This document shows, in pieces, positions 10,553 to 18,973 of a DNA stretch of 64,000 nt. The DNA comes from Candidatus Poseidoniales archaeon. GTDB taxonomy: Archaea; Thermoplasmatota; Poseidoniia; Poseidoniales; Poseidoniaceae. Below the pieces are notes generated by a model. The model worked only from the letters and a program-made list of their open reading frames with translations. It ran no database searches and was not told where the DNA came from. Position numbers and translations under genes: made by a program. Position 1 is the stretch's first letter, and every line of letters begins with the position of its first letter. The stretch lies in contig QQSK01000013.1 of assembly GCA_003602415.1 (NCBI GenBank), positions 89,929-153,928 of the forward strand. The letters are read 5' to 3'.

Positions 10553-11115
10553 TCTACATAGCAAGGAAATGCGGCATTTGTAGACAGGAAGGGCATGACC
10601 GAAGGTCTTGTCCACAACCAAAAAAAGCCTCAAACAACGGCCCTTTGGTTGTCGAATTAATTTGGATTTTCCTTCTGATTACTTGGGTCTTCATCCTATT
10701 CCCACTTTCAATAATGCCTCAAGGTTTCATAATCATAATGTTCATTTCATTGGCCACTAGGTCGGGTTTGATTCGAATTTATGCAAAATTCAGACCTAAT
10801 TGGAGAGAAACCGACCCAACAGGAGATGATTTGACCGAAGCCCTTCGTAAAATAGGAGATGATTTACCTTCTATTCCAAATCCTAAACAAATTGCTGCCC
10901 AAGGATTTTACAATCTCAAAACCGATGAACGTATTCAGCAAGGTATTGGCAAAATCACGGAAGAACTCAAGGAATTGGATGAAGAAATGACTGAGCAAGA
11001 ATGGTATCGCAAGAATCGTGATGCTATACTGTTCGTTTTAGGAACTGGAGTCTTCATACTATTACTATCAATATCGATAATTTTGATACTTTTGTTGGAC
11101 TACTTGTCTTTATGA
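10549..11115 (+). CDS. Hypothetical membrane protein with an N-terminal CCHC zinc knuckle
   Basis: CGICRQEGHDRRSC followed by 3 TM segments. Confidence 0.65.
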   Translation: MIYIARKCGICRQEGHDRRSCPQPKKASNNGPLVVELIWIFLLITWVFILFPLSIMPQGFIIIMFISLATRSGLIRIYAKFRPNWRETDPTGDDLTEALRKIGDDLPSIPNPKQIAAQGFYNLKTDERIQQGIGKITEELKELDEEMTEQEWYRKNRDAILFVLGTGVFILLLSISIILILLLDYLSL

Positions 11116-11688
11116 TTACCAAGGGAACTTAGCAGACCACATAATCAGGTCATTGAGTATAACTTGGATTCCAAGGAAAATAGAGCCAAGAAGCATCAGT
11201 CCTGCCCCGTCTACTCCATCTTGCCAAGCTCCATATGCAAGGAGTCCAAACATGATGTTGCCTATCGATGCTAAAGCTAGAATTCCAATTACTAAGAAAG
11301 GAGTCCAAGCATAGTCATTGTTGATATGCATTCTAGTGCTATCAATCCAGAACATGGATGGAATCAAGAACATTGCATAGGCAAAAAGAAGCCTTCGAGC
11401 ACCGTTGCCATCAGATTCTCCCCATGGCCATCTTAGTGATTCAAGTACGGAGATTTCAATTTGGAATAATGCAACCCACCAATACATCAAAAATCCAATT
11501 GCTGCTAAGAACATGAATGGTACAATGTAGGTGATCCAAGAACCGGGTATTCCGCCCCACAATGCTGTCTTATCATCCATTTTGGATAATGCCAAAGCAT
11601 AACTTACCAAGACTAAAGGTCCTGCGATGAATGTGAATATCCTAATCATTTCACGGCTTACTTCCATGATAACCTGTCGCCGATTCAC
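11116..11688 (-). CDS. Hypothetical membrane protein
   Basis: About 5 TM segments; the true start may be a downstream ATG. Confidence 0.7.
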   Translation of the reverse strand: MNRRQVIMEVSREMIRIFTFIAGPLVLVSYALALSKMDDKTALWGGIPGSWITYIVPFMFLAAIGFLMYWWVALFQIEISVLESLRWPWGESDGNGARRLLFAYAMFLIPSMFWIDSTRMHINNDYAWTPFLVIGILALASIGNIMFGLLAYGAWQDGVDGAGLMLLGSIFLGIQVILNDLIMWSAKFPW

Positions 11689-11720
11689 TTCTTAATGGGT
11701 TGTTATTTTCTTGTGCTATT

Positions 11721-12656
11721 TTATTGAATTGTGACTTCTGTGTTACCTGCCAGAGTATCTTCCTCTCTTACGCCAAATCTTGTTATCTCGATTTCACAGG
11801 ATACAGAGCAGATGTCAACACCGTTTTCTGTTAGTGTTGCAATTTCCCCTTCTTCCCAAACGGCATAATATACATCCACGCCAGAGAAGGTAATCATACA
11901 GTCAGATTCCCCCCCAGTGTCGCACTGGTGTGTCTGATTATTCACAGTCAATTCTACCCAGAAGCCAAAGTATCCCTCTGAAACATACCAGTCGATTTCT
12001 CCGTGGAACTCATCGATTTCAATAGTCATGAGGTTGTCAGTTACAGATGCAGAAACACTATCCGAATGGTCTTGAGCTAGATATGTTGCATTCCAAGCAT
12101 CGCCAGGGTGTGCTCCGCTTGGGTCTGCGAATACCCAAGTACAGAAATCTGGGTACTCGATTGAAAGGAGAGTAGAGTTAATTGTTTCATTATCTGAAAA
12201 CGCTCCTAGTCTGTGGTATACATGGCATTCAGTAGGTTTATCGTCGTACGATATACCTGCACTAGTTCCATTTTCATCTATCCATTCTTCATAAACTTCC
12301 CCAAGGAACAACAAGTCTCCAACTATGTGGTAATTTGAGTAAATATAGTGCATGACAGACCATTGAGGATAATTCACGTGCTCAATAAGTTCTGAGTTTT
12401 CTGCAGTCCAACAATAACCTGAGATCTGAACATCTTGATAGGAACCAGTTTTTTCTAAGTTAGCATGAATGTGTATTTGGTTAGGTGTCAGGTCGGGGTC
12501 CGTATACTTGGTCCATGTTCCAATCAAATCTTGATCTACAGTACCTCCAGCACATGGCGAGTTCGAACTACTGTTATCTGAATCGTCATCACCTATGCAT
12601 CCAGATAGTGATGCTAGAATCAATGTTGCAATGATTAAACATATTCGCGATTTCAC
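11721..12656 (-). CDS. Secreted acidic lipoprotein-like protein
   Basis: GTG start; ICLIIATLILASLSGC lipobox-like signal; acidic, with Cys pairs. Confidence 0.7.
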   Translation of the reverse strand: MKSRICLIIATLILASLSGCIGDDDSDNSSSNSPCAGGTVDQDLIGTWTKYTDPDLTPNQIHIHANLEKTGSYQDVQISGYCWTAENSELIEHVNYPQWSVMHYIYSNYHIVGDLLFLGEVYEEWIDENGTSAGISYDDKPTECHVYHRLGAFSDNETINSTLLSIEYPDFCTWVFADPSGAHPGDAWNATYLAQDHSDSVSASVTDNLMTIEIDEFHGEIDWYVSEGYFGFWVELTVNNQTHQCDTGGESDCMITFSGVDVYYAVWEEGEIATLTENGVDICSVSCEIEITRFGVREEDTLAGNTEVTIQ

Positions 12657-12862
12657 AGTTTGACGATAACCCTCAGGCTCATAATCATGGTGTAAAATGG
12701 GATAACATTGTTTCAAATGATACAGATAAAACAAAAATCGGGACAAAATTTTAACAAACTGCAAATTTTGCTTTTTTATTGTATAAAATTAACTGTAAAA
12801 TAGTGAAAAAGTAACAAAAAACCGAATATTTGTAATTTATTATGAAATTAAAATAACAAACA

Positions 12863-13131
12863 TGTAGGGGATGTCCGACTCTAAAAATGACTTACTAGAG
12901 GAATTCAAGTCCAAAAATGATAGAAAACACCGAAATCTTTTTACGTGATGGCACCCTCAGGTATCATGCAGCGGAGAAATGGTGGTACCATGCAAATAGG
13001 AATTTTCACTAGGTTGGGTCGACATCGCAGTCGAGTTCGATCTTATGCACACTAACTATTGCCCCTGCAACTTTACAAATTGCCATCTCAATTCGAGATG
13101 TTATAGTCAAAGCGACTACTTGTCGCTAGAC
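12863..13131 (+). ncRNA. Candidate structured RNA upstream of the tRNA pair
   Basis: Long-range pairings TGTAGGGG/CCCCTGCA and GATGTC(C)GACTC/GGGTCGACATC; local hairpins CATCTC/GAGATG and AGCGAC/GTCGCT; strand uncertain. Confidence 0.35.
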
Positions 13132-13143
13132 AATCAAACCAAT

Positions 13144-13215
13144 GGGGGTATGGTGTAGTGGATAGCATAAGTGGCTACGAACCACTTGACCTCGGTTCGA
13201 ATCCGAGTACCCTCG
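13144..13215 (+). tRNA. tRNA-Arg (anticodon ACG)
   Basis: Full cloverleaf: GGGGGTA/TACCCTC, D arm GTGT/GCAT with GGATA loop, AGTGG-CT ACG AA-CCACT, CTCGG-TTCGAAT-CCGAG, G73. Confidence 0.9.
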
Positions 13216-13232
13216 CTGGTTTGATATTCAAT

Positions 13233-13307
13233 CAGGGTATATTGTAGAGGATATCAGGACAGACTGCGAAGTTGTCCACCTGGGTTCGAATCCCAGTACC
13301 CTGGCCA
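13233..13307 (+). tRNA. Atypical tRNA-Arg (anticodon GCG) with encoded CCA; possibly non-canonical or a pseudo-tRNA
   Basis: Perfect acceptor CAGGGTA/TACCCTG + G + CCA; perfect T arm CTGGG-TTCGAAT-CCCAG; weak D stem; A31.G39 mismatch. Confidence 0.7.
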
Positions 13308-13325
13308 ATTCAACAAGGTGATAAT

Positions 13326-13766
13326 ATGAAAATGAAAATAGAAATACAAAACAAAAAACAAGCGTGCAAAATAGACGAAGAGACCGTCTCGATAAACGGA
13401 ATTGGTCCATTTTGTGAACACCCTAGAAAAGAAAATTGCTGGATATACAACGGCAGAATGCCAACTTCAAATTGTTGGATATTCATCAACGGCAACAAAG
13501 TTGAGATTCACAACGTGATAGTGTACAATCCGGCAATCAGGAAATTAGGACATGGCTCAGCTATGATTTCTGATATTAGGAAAGCATTTCCAGAATCTCA
13601 TATTTGGGTAGATACCTGGAATTGCACAAGACCTTTCTGGCAAAAAATGCAACAGCAAGGATTCATTGATTCAATCGCCAATGATTACTCCTGGCCATGT
13701 ATCAACACAACATGTAGGATTTGTCATCCAAACAGAAGCGAATCCAGAAGGAGGGTTTTCCAATGA
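13326..13766 (+). CDS. GNAT-family N-acyltransferase with Cys-rich C-terminus
   Basis: AGGTGA SD; HNVIVYNPAIRKLGHGSAMI (R-x-x-G-x-G motif A), PFWQKM; C-x4-C-x2-C tail. Confidence 0.75.
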   Translation: MKMKIEIQNKKQACKIDEETVSINGIGPFCEHPRKENCWIYNGRMPTSNCWIFINGNKVEIHNVIVYNPAIRKLGHGSAMISDIRKAFPESHIWVDTWNCTRPFWQKMQQQGFIDSIANDYSWPCINTTCRICHPNRSESRRRVFQ

Positions 13767-14527
13767 ATAAGGAGTTTGATGGTTGGGAAAACATGGATTG
13801 GAACATTGAGATTGATACATTAGAATTCGATTTAATGGCAATAAAATCTCACAACAAATCTAATCCGGATGTTGGGAAAAGATGGACAGAGTGGCCTAAA
13901 GACATGATTGGTCTTATGCTTCTGCCGCTGGGATATCAACCCTCAAAATGGGATAAAGAGTCTCCACTGACTGAAAAAGAGGAATCAGATTTGAAGCAGA
14001 AATGGATTGATTTTGCCCAATTCGTCTATGAAAATGAGTCGATATCTCTGAAGGAGAATACATTTACAATTGATGGAAAATACGGCTCTAAGTTCTCTTT
14101 CGATGCGAGTATGGAATTTTCGATTTGGCTTCCACCAAACACTCTGGAAAGATATGGCCCTTCACTTAGAGCCATTAGAAACGGTGCCAGAAGAAAGAGC
14201 AATCTTGGCGTACATATGGAGTACCTAGAAGCATCTCAGGCAACTTGGAAGATAGATACTGGAACGACCGATGACGGGTTAGGATTTTGCGATTTCCCAC
14301 CACACGTCAAAGGTTTAGATCTCAAGCAGTATGAAGGATGGTCAACATTTTTTTATCCTTCTAATACAACATTTCCTGAAAATCTGACCGTTCTGATTGA
14401 TTTGTTGATTACAGATTATCAGATTTGGGAAATTCTGCATGAACAAGAGGTTAAGAGAAGAAAAGCGAATGATGAATGGAATAAGAAATGGCCCAATGGA
14501 AGGCCAGATGATTGGATGTATTTGTGA
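13763..14527 (+). CDS. Hypothetical protein
   Basis: ATGA-coupled to the GNAT gene; 254 codons, Trp-rich. Confidence 0.7.
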   Translation: MNKEFDGWENMDWNIEIDTLEFDLMAIKSHNKSNPDVGKRWTEWPKDMIGLMLLPLGYQPSKWDKESPLTEKEESDLKQKWIDFAQFVYENESISLKENTFTIDGKYGSKFSFDASMEFSIWLPPNTLERYGPSLRAIRNGARRKSNLGVHMEYLEASQATWKIDTGTTDDGLGFCDFPPHVKGLDLKQYEGWSTFFYPSNTTFPENLTVLIDLLITDYQIWEILHEQEVKRRKANDEWNKKWPNGRPDDWMYL

Positions 14528-14537
14528 GGTGAAAAGA

Positions 14538-14762
14538 ATGAGTAAAGAAGAAAATAAGAAAACAAGAGAAGCTGAGAATTTGATAAAATTGATTACGGAT
14601 TTTTTCAAACTTCAAAATCAGTATAACCATTTCAGAATTGAGGAATACAAAGAATGGAATGAGAAAGAATGTGACTGCCCAATATGCGTGGACTACACTG
14701 TTCAATTTTGTGAAGAGGAATCTCCAGACTATTGCGATGGCTTCAGGGAGGAATGGAATTGA
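14538..14762 (+). CDS. Small acidic Cys-rich hypothetical protein
   Basis: GAGGTGA SD; MSKEENKK...CDCPICVDY..C..C; fills the operon gap. Confidence 0.6.
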   Translation: MSKEENKKTREAENLIKLITDFFKLQNQYNHFRIEEYKEWNEKECDCPICVDYTVQFCEEESPDYCDGFREEWN

Positions 14763-15304
14763 TTTCTAATTGGAAGCCAAATGCAAATGCACCATTGTGG
14801 GATGAAGAATCAAATTCTGAACCCAGAGGTCCATTTTTCCAAGAACTTGACATTAAACACATCAAGCAGATTGGACCTTCTTGCGTCCCAACCACATTGG
14901 CAATGCTTGCAAGGAGTACTGGTGCTGATGTAGGTCCTGATGATTTCAAAGGAATAATCAACTCTCAATCACCACACACATGGTCTAACTCATTACATCA
15001 ATACGGGTTACAACTTGCTTACTGTAACCAAGATTTGAGAAGATTGGAGTATTATATTGATGAGTTGGTAGAGCATGATGATTTGTTTCTGTTGTGTTTC
15101 TATTCGGTCGACCCTCCTTCAGACTCTGACATAAATGGCAAGTTATGTACTGCGCATATTGTAACTTTGCACAGAGACAAAATCATTGATACTGCAAAAA
15201 GTGGTAGTTTTGGAGTAAGTATTGCTGAGGATTATCCCAGACTATCTAGGCAGACAAAGAGGATATTCAGAGTGGTGCCTTTTGGTCACCCTAGGAGAGT
15301 TTAG
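14753..15304 (+). CDS. Papain-fold C39-like cysteine peptidase
   Basis: KQIGPSCVPTTLAML (Q-x4-C) ... AHIVTL ... IIDT; Cys-His-Asp order. Confidence 0.6.
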   Translation: MELISNWKPNANAPLWDEESNSEPRGPFFQELDIKHIKQIGPSCVPTTLAMLARSTGADVGPDDFKGIINSQSPHTWSNSLHQYGLQLAYCNQDLRRLEYYIDELVEHDDLFLLCFYSVDPPSDSDINGKLCTAHIVTLHRDKIIDTAKSGSFGVSIAEDYPRLSRQTKRIFRVVPFGHPRRV

Positions 15305-15312
15305 GTGATTTT

Positions 15313-16629
15313 ATGATGTGGAAAAATGGAGACCTATTTCCTTCAGTACCTTTTCCTAAGGTAGAGGATAGACCACTACTAGTATATCATCCAGCGCCGG
15401 ATATGAATTATGTTAATTCATGGTCAATAATGGTTGAAAACGATCAACCATTCATCCTATTTTGCGATGATATGGGGCCTAGATATCCCGATGATTTACC
15501 ATTCTTGGAAACTAGCTTGAGGATGGAATATTTTGCTAGAATTGCTAATCCATTAATTGGTGGTAGGGCATACAGGCACCCAGAACTTGGTTATCAGAAC
15601 ATGTTGGTTCAAAGGCAGAAAGATGCAAATTTGGGAATTGAGGATTTACCTTTGCTCGATATCCTATATGTCGATTGGCTTGAGCCCTTCATCGAAAAGA
15701 GAGGTAGGAATTCTTATTCTGATATTATTCCTAAACTCGCTACACACGTAAGGGATGGCGGATTGATTATACTGGACAGAAAACATGCAGAAACAATTCC
15801 AGAATGGTTCACTTATTCACAAATCATTCTTAGCACAAAAAAGGATGTCTGCATTGAGCATATTGGTAGAGGAGAATGGTTGATTCCATATGTTGATTTG
15901 GAGAATGTTAGAGATGTGGAGGCTGAAATCTTCGTTGTAAAAAACTTGAATCAAGAAAAAAAGAACATGGACGATTTTCTCGCCTCTTTGATGCATGAAA
16001 GGAGATTGAAGCCTAATGAATTATTGAAAACAAGAAACAAATTACCTCTAAGGTGGCCCGGTCATCCCGATAAGGATTCATGGATGGAGAGATACATGGA
16101 ATACTTGGATAGACCAGAGTCCGGTGAACCATACTTGCCTTGTCCATACAATAATTCCTGGTCATACAAGGAATACACCACTTGGGTCCAGTCATTGATT
16201 GATAGGCCGGAAGTACTGAGGCCGATTCCAAGAAAAGAAAGAACGCTTGATTTGGGCATCAAAGTAACATTGGTTCACGGTGATATTAGGGATCACCTTG
16301 ACTGGTTATATGTTGAAGATGCCAGCTTAATTCTTAGAGAGAAATTGATGAGTGATTGTTTGTCTAATTGGTGTTGGCTTCAATACAAAGCTGTAGACTT
16401 GCAACCCAAGTGGAATAGGCCGTTAATCACCAAACTGAAATGGTCGGGCAAGAATTCAACTTCAAATCTGACATTGAAACTTTTAGATTTAGCAAAGAGT
16501 TCAGTAGTTGCTACTATCGTTCATGGAGATGGGAGTTTGAAGCAACTGAAAAGGCAGTTAAAGAAATATCAAGGAGAAGTAGAACATCTAATCATTTTTC
16601 ACAAAGATGCTAGCGACTATTCAGATTAA
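15313..16629 (+). CDS. Hypothetical protein, possibly with a methyltransferase-like N-terminal fold
   Basis: AGGTGA SD; LDILYVD...LATHVRDGGLIILD resembles class I MTase motifs; VTLVHGDI near the C-terminus. Confidence 0.55.
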   Translation: MMWKNGDLFPSVPFPKVEDRPLLVYHPAPDMNYVNSWSIMVENDQPFILFCDDMGPRYPDDLPFLETSLRMEYFARIANPLIGGRAYRHPELGYQNMLVQRQKDANLGIEDLPLLDILYVDWLEPFIEKRGRNSYSDIIPKLATHVRDGGLIILDRKHAETIPEWFTYSQIILSTKKDVCIEHIGRGEWLIPYVDLENVRDVEAEIFVVKNLNQEKKNMDDFLASLMHERRLKPNELLKTRNKLPLRWPGHPDKDSWMERYMEYLDRPESGEPYLPCPYNNSWSYKEYTTWVQSLIDRPEVLRPIPRKERTLDLGIKVTLVHGDIRDHLDWLYVEDASLILREKLMSDCLSNWCWLQYKAVDLQPKWNRPLITKLKWSGKNSTSNLTLKLLDLAKSSVVATIVHGDGSLKQLKRQLKKYQGEVEHLIIFHKDASDYSD

Positions 16630-17510
16630 GGTAAATCTGTTTCTTCAGCAGAACCAGATGACCAATCGTAGATTCCCTTGCCGGATTTCTTACCTAGCCT
16701 ACCTTCGGCAACCAGTTTCTCAAGAAGTGGGTGAGGTGTGTAAGCATCATCATTGAATGATTTCTTTAGATTTAGAAGAATATCTCGACGTACATCTAGA
16801 CCTACTAGGTCGGTTAGAGCGAGTGGACCCATTGGATGCTTGTATCCCAATACCATCGCAGTGTCGATATCCTTGGCACTAGCAACGCCATCTGCAAGCA
16901 TACGTATTGCTTCGTTTCCAAGTACTACCCCGAGTCGAGAGGTTGCAAAACCAGGCACATCCTTGACTAGGATTGTTGTTTTACCCATAGCCTCACCTGC
17001 AGATTGTGCGGCCGCTATAGTTTCTTCAGAACAAGAATCATGTTTTACCAATTCCAAGAGTTTCATAATCGGGACCGGATTAAAGAAATGCATACCAATT
17101 ACCATTTCCGGCTTACCTGATGCAGCAGCGATATCTGCAATCGATAGGGAAGAGGTATTTGTTCCTAGAATACAATCATCTTTGGTCATAGTTCCAAGTT
17201 CTGCGAAAATTTTGTGCTTCAAATCAGGGATTTCAGGTACTGCTTCAATTACAAGATCAGCATCAGCGACAGCCTCATCCATTTGAGACACTGCGTGTAG
17301 ATTTGAACTCCATTCAGCCTTTTGTTCAGGGGTGGTTTTTCCTCTTGCAATGCCTTTGTCCCAGAATGCATCGATAGCATTCATTCCACGTTCAAGTCCT
17401 TCAGGAAATGCATCGAAAAGGTTGGTCTTCCATCCTGCTTGAGCACAAACCTGTGCTATGCCTGCACCCATTGTGCCCGCACCAATAACTGCAACAGTAT
17501 CAATTCCCAT
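16626..17510 (-). CDS. 3-hydroxyacyl-CoA dehydrogenase (PaaH/Hbd family)
   Basis: GAGTMGAGIA, IEAVPE, TNTSS, GMHFFNP, PMGP. Confidence 0.95.
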   Translation of the reverse strand: MGIDTVAVIGAGTMGAGIAQVCAQAGWKTNLFDAFPEGLERGMNAIDAFWDKGIARGKTTPEQKAEWSSNLHAVSQMDEAVADADLVIEAVPEIPDLKHKIFAELGTMTKDDCILGTNTSSLSIADIAAASGKPEMVIGMHFFNPVPIMKLLELVKHDSCSEETIAAAQSAGEAMGKTTILVKDVPGFATSRLGVVLGNEAIRMLADGVASAKDIDTAMVLGYKHPMGPLALTDLVGLDVRRDILLNLKKSFNDDAYTPHPLLEKLVAEGRLGKKSGKGIYDWSSGSAEETDLP

Positions 17511-17534
17511 GTGTAGAGCCCACGGGACTTAGGT

Positions 17535-18431
17535 TCATGACGATTCCTTGGATTGAGCGAGATAAACTCCACTCACTATGAGCATGAATGAGACGACGAG
17601 CGAAAATCCCAGTTTTTCATCAAGCAGTAACCAGCCACTGAATATTCCAAATATAGGTACGAGATATACATAGAAAGCCGATTTTGCGGCTCCTATAATC
17701 TTGATTCCATCTGCGAACCATACGTAACTCAGCACCGTTGAAAATAATGCTAGGAATGCCAACCATAGCCACGCTTCAGCAGATACATCACTAGGGAGTC
17801 CAACTTGGCCATACTCCCAAATGGCAGCTGGGGTTTGGATTAGCAATCCTGCTACACTAGACCAGACTGTGAGGTGTAAGGGAGACATAGCCTGCTCGCC
17901 AGTCATCGCTTTTTTCATCAAGATGGTAGTACATGCCCAAGATAATGCAGATAGTCCAATCAATGCATCACCCAGCAACCTTTCATTCACTGGGATGTCA
18001 ACATTTGGTGAATACCAGGCTAATACGCCTACTCCACTCACAGCGAGAATCAATCCTGCACCAAGTCTTTTGTCGAACTTTTCCCCCAAGAATGGAACTG
18101 CGAGAATTGCCGTGAATAATGGATTGAAGGTAATCATCAACGATGCATCGCCAGCAGCAGTCCATTTCATTCCATACATGAAAAATGCTTGATACAAGAA
18201 AGTGGATAAGAATCCGATTGCAACGATGATTTTCCATTGCTCTTTACTTGGAACGATCCATTGTTTTGTAATCTTTAGAAATATCAGAAAACAACTTACT
18301 GCAAGAACATATCTTGCCCATCCTGCCGCAAAAGGAGGTATCTCACTAGCAGCAACTCTACCAGCGACCCAACCTAAGCCCCAAATCATTGCAACGACTA
18401 ACAATTTGCCATGTGTCGCTGCATTTTTCAT
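17535..18431 (-). CDS. DMT/EamA family transporter
   Basis: 10 TM segments in two EamA repeats; FLGEK / LLDEK. Confidence 0.9.
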   Translation of the reverse strand: MKNAATHGKLLVVAMIWGLGWVAGRVAASEIPPFAAGWARYVLAVSCFLIFLKITKQWIVPSKEQWKIIVAIGFLSTFLYQAFFMYGMKWTAAGDASLMITFNPLFTAILAVPFLGEKFDKRLGAGLILAVSGVGVLAWYSPNVDIPVNERLLGDALIGLSALSWACTTILMKKAMTGEQAMSPLHLTVWSSVAGLLIQTPAAIWEYGQVGLPSDVSAEAWLWLAFLALFSTVLSYVWFADGIKIIGAAKSAFYVYLVPIFGIFSGWLLLDEKLGFSLVVSFMLIVSGVYLAQSKESS

Positions 18432-18964
18432 CAGAATCGCTCCAAGCCAAGTTGCAGAATTCGGGCTCTAGGTAGCCCGATTTCCGGCATTCCTTCGGCT
18501 GGTGCGTGAACTTTGAGTCCTTCAAGTCGTTGAACGAATAACCCGTACGATGCGATATCATCGGGCAAATATGGAGTTGGCAGTCCGAGTTTTTCTAAAC
18601 CTTCACACGCTTCTTTGGTGTATATTGGATAGACATTTGTCTCGAAGTGCATCCAGATTGAAATCCTTCCACAGTCCACATTTTCTAGCGTCAGTAGATG
18701 CTCCAGTAATCCAACATCAGGATATTTCACGGTTTGAATCGCCATGTCTACTTCCATCACCACATCTTCAGGCCAAGCGAATGGCGTATGATTGGCCCAG
18801 GAATCAGCAATTGCAATGTGCTCAACTACATTATCACCAGTAATGGCGTACAGTGTTTCTTGGTAAGGACGGTCTTCGTAGGTATCGCTGACCAATCCTG
18901 GTAAGACCGAGTAGAAGCGCTCTAATTCGGCTTCATCGGCCCCGTATAGGGAGACGGGGATCAA
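18431..18964 (-). CDS. Hypothetical protein
   Basis: GAGGTGA SD; in the operon with the boxB-like gene. Confidence 0.7.
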   Translation of the reverse strand: MIPVSLYGADEAELERFYSVLPGLVSDTYEDRPYQETLYAITGDNVVEHIAIADSWANHTPFAWPEDVVMEVDMAIQTVKYPDVGLLEHLLTLENVDCGRISIWMHFETNVYPIYTKEACEGLEKLGLPTPYLPDDIASYGLFVQRLEGLKVHAPAEGMPEIGLPRARILQLGLERF

Positions 18965-18973
18965 TTTCTCACC

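Noticed and set aside
12863-13070. tmRNA or RNase P RNA
   Set aside because: Only partial resemblance (GGGG/CCCC ends, GAGGAATTCAAGTCC); no proper tRNA-like domain or P4 partner
13272-13325. N-terminal extension of the GNAT ORF in the ORF track
   Set aside because: Overlaps the tRNA; the SD supports the ATG at 13326
13763-14527. tRNA adenosine deaminase for the ACG tRNA
   Set aside because: HME is present but there is no PCxxC motif
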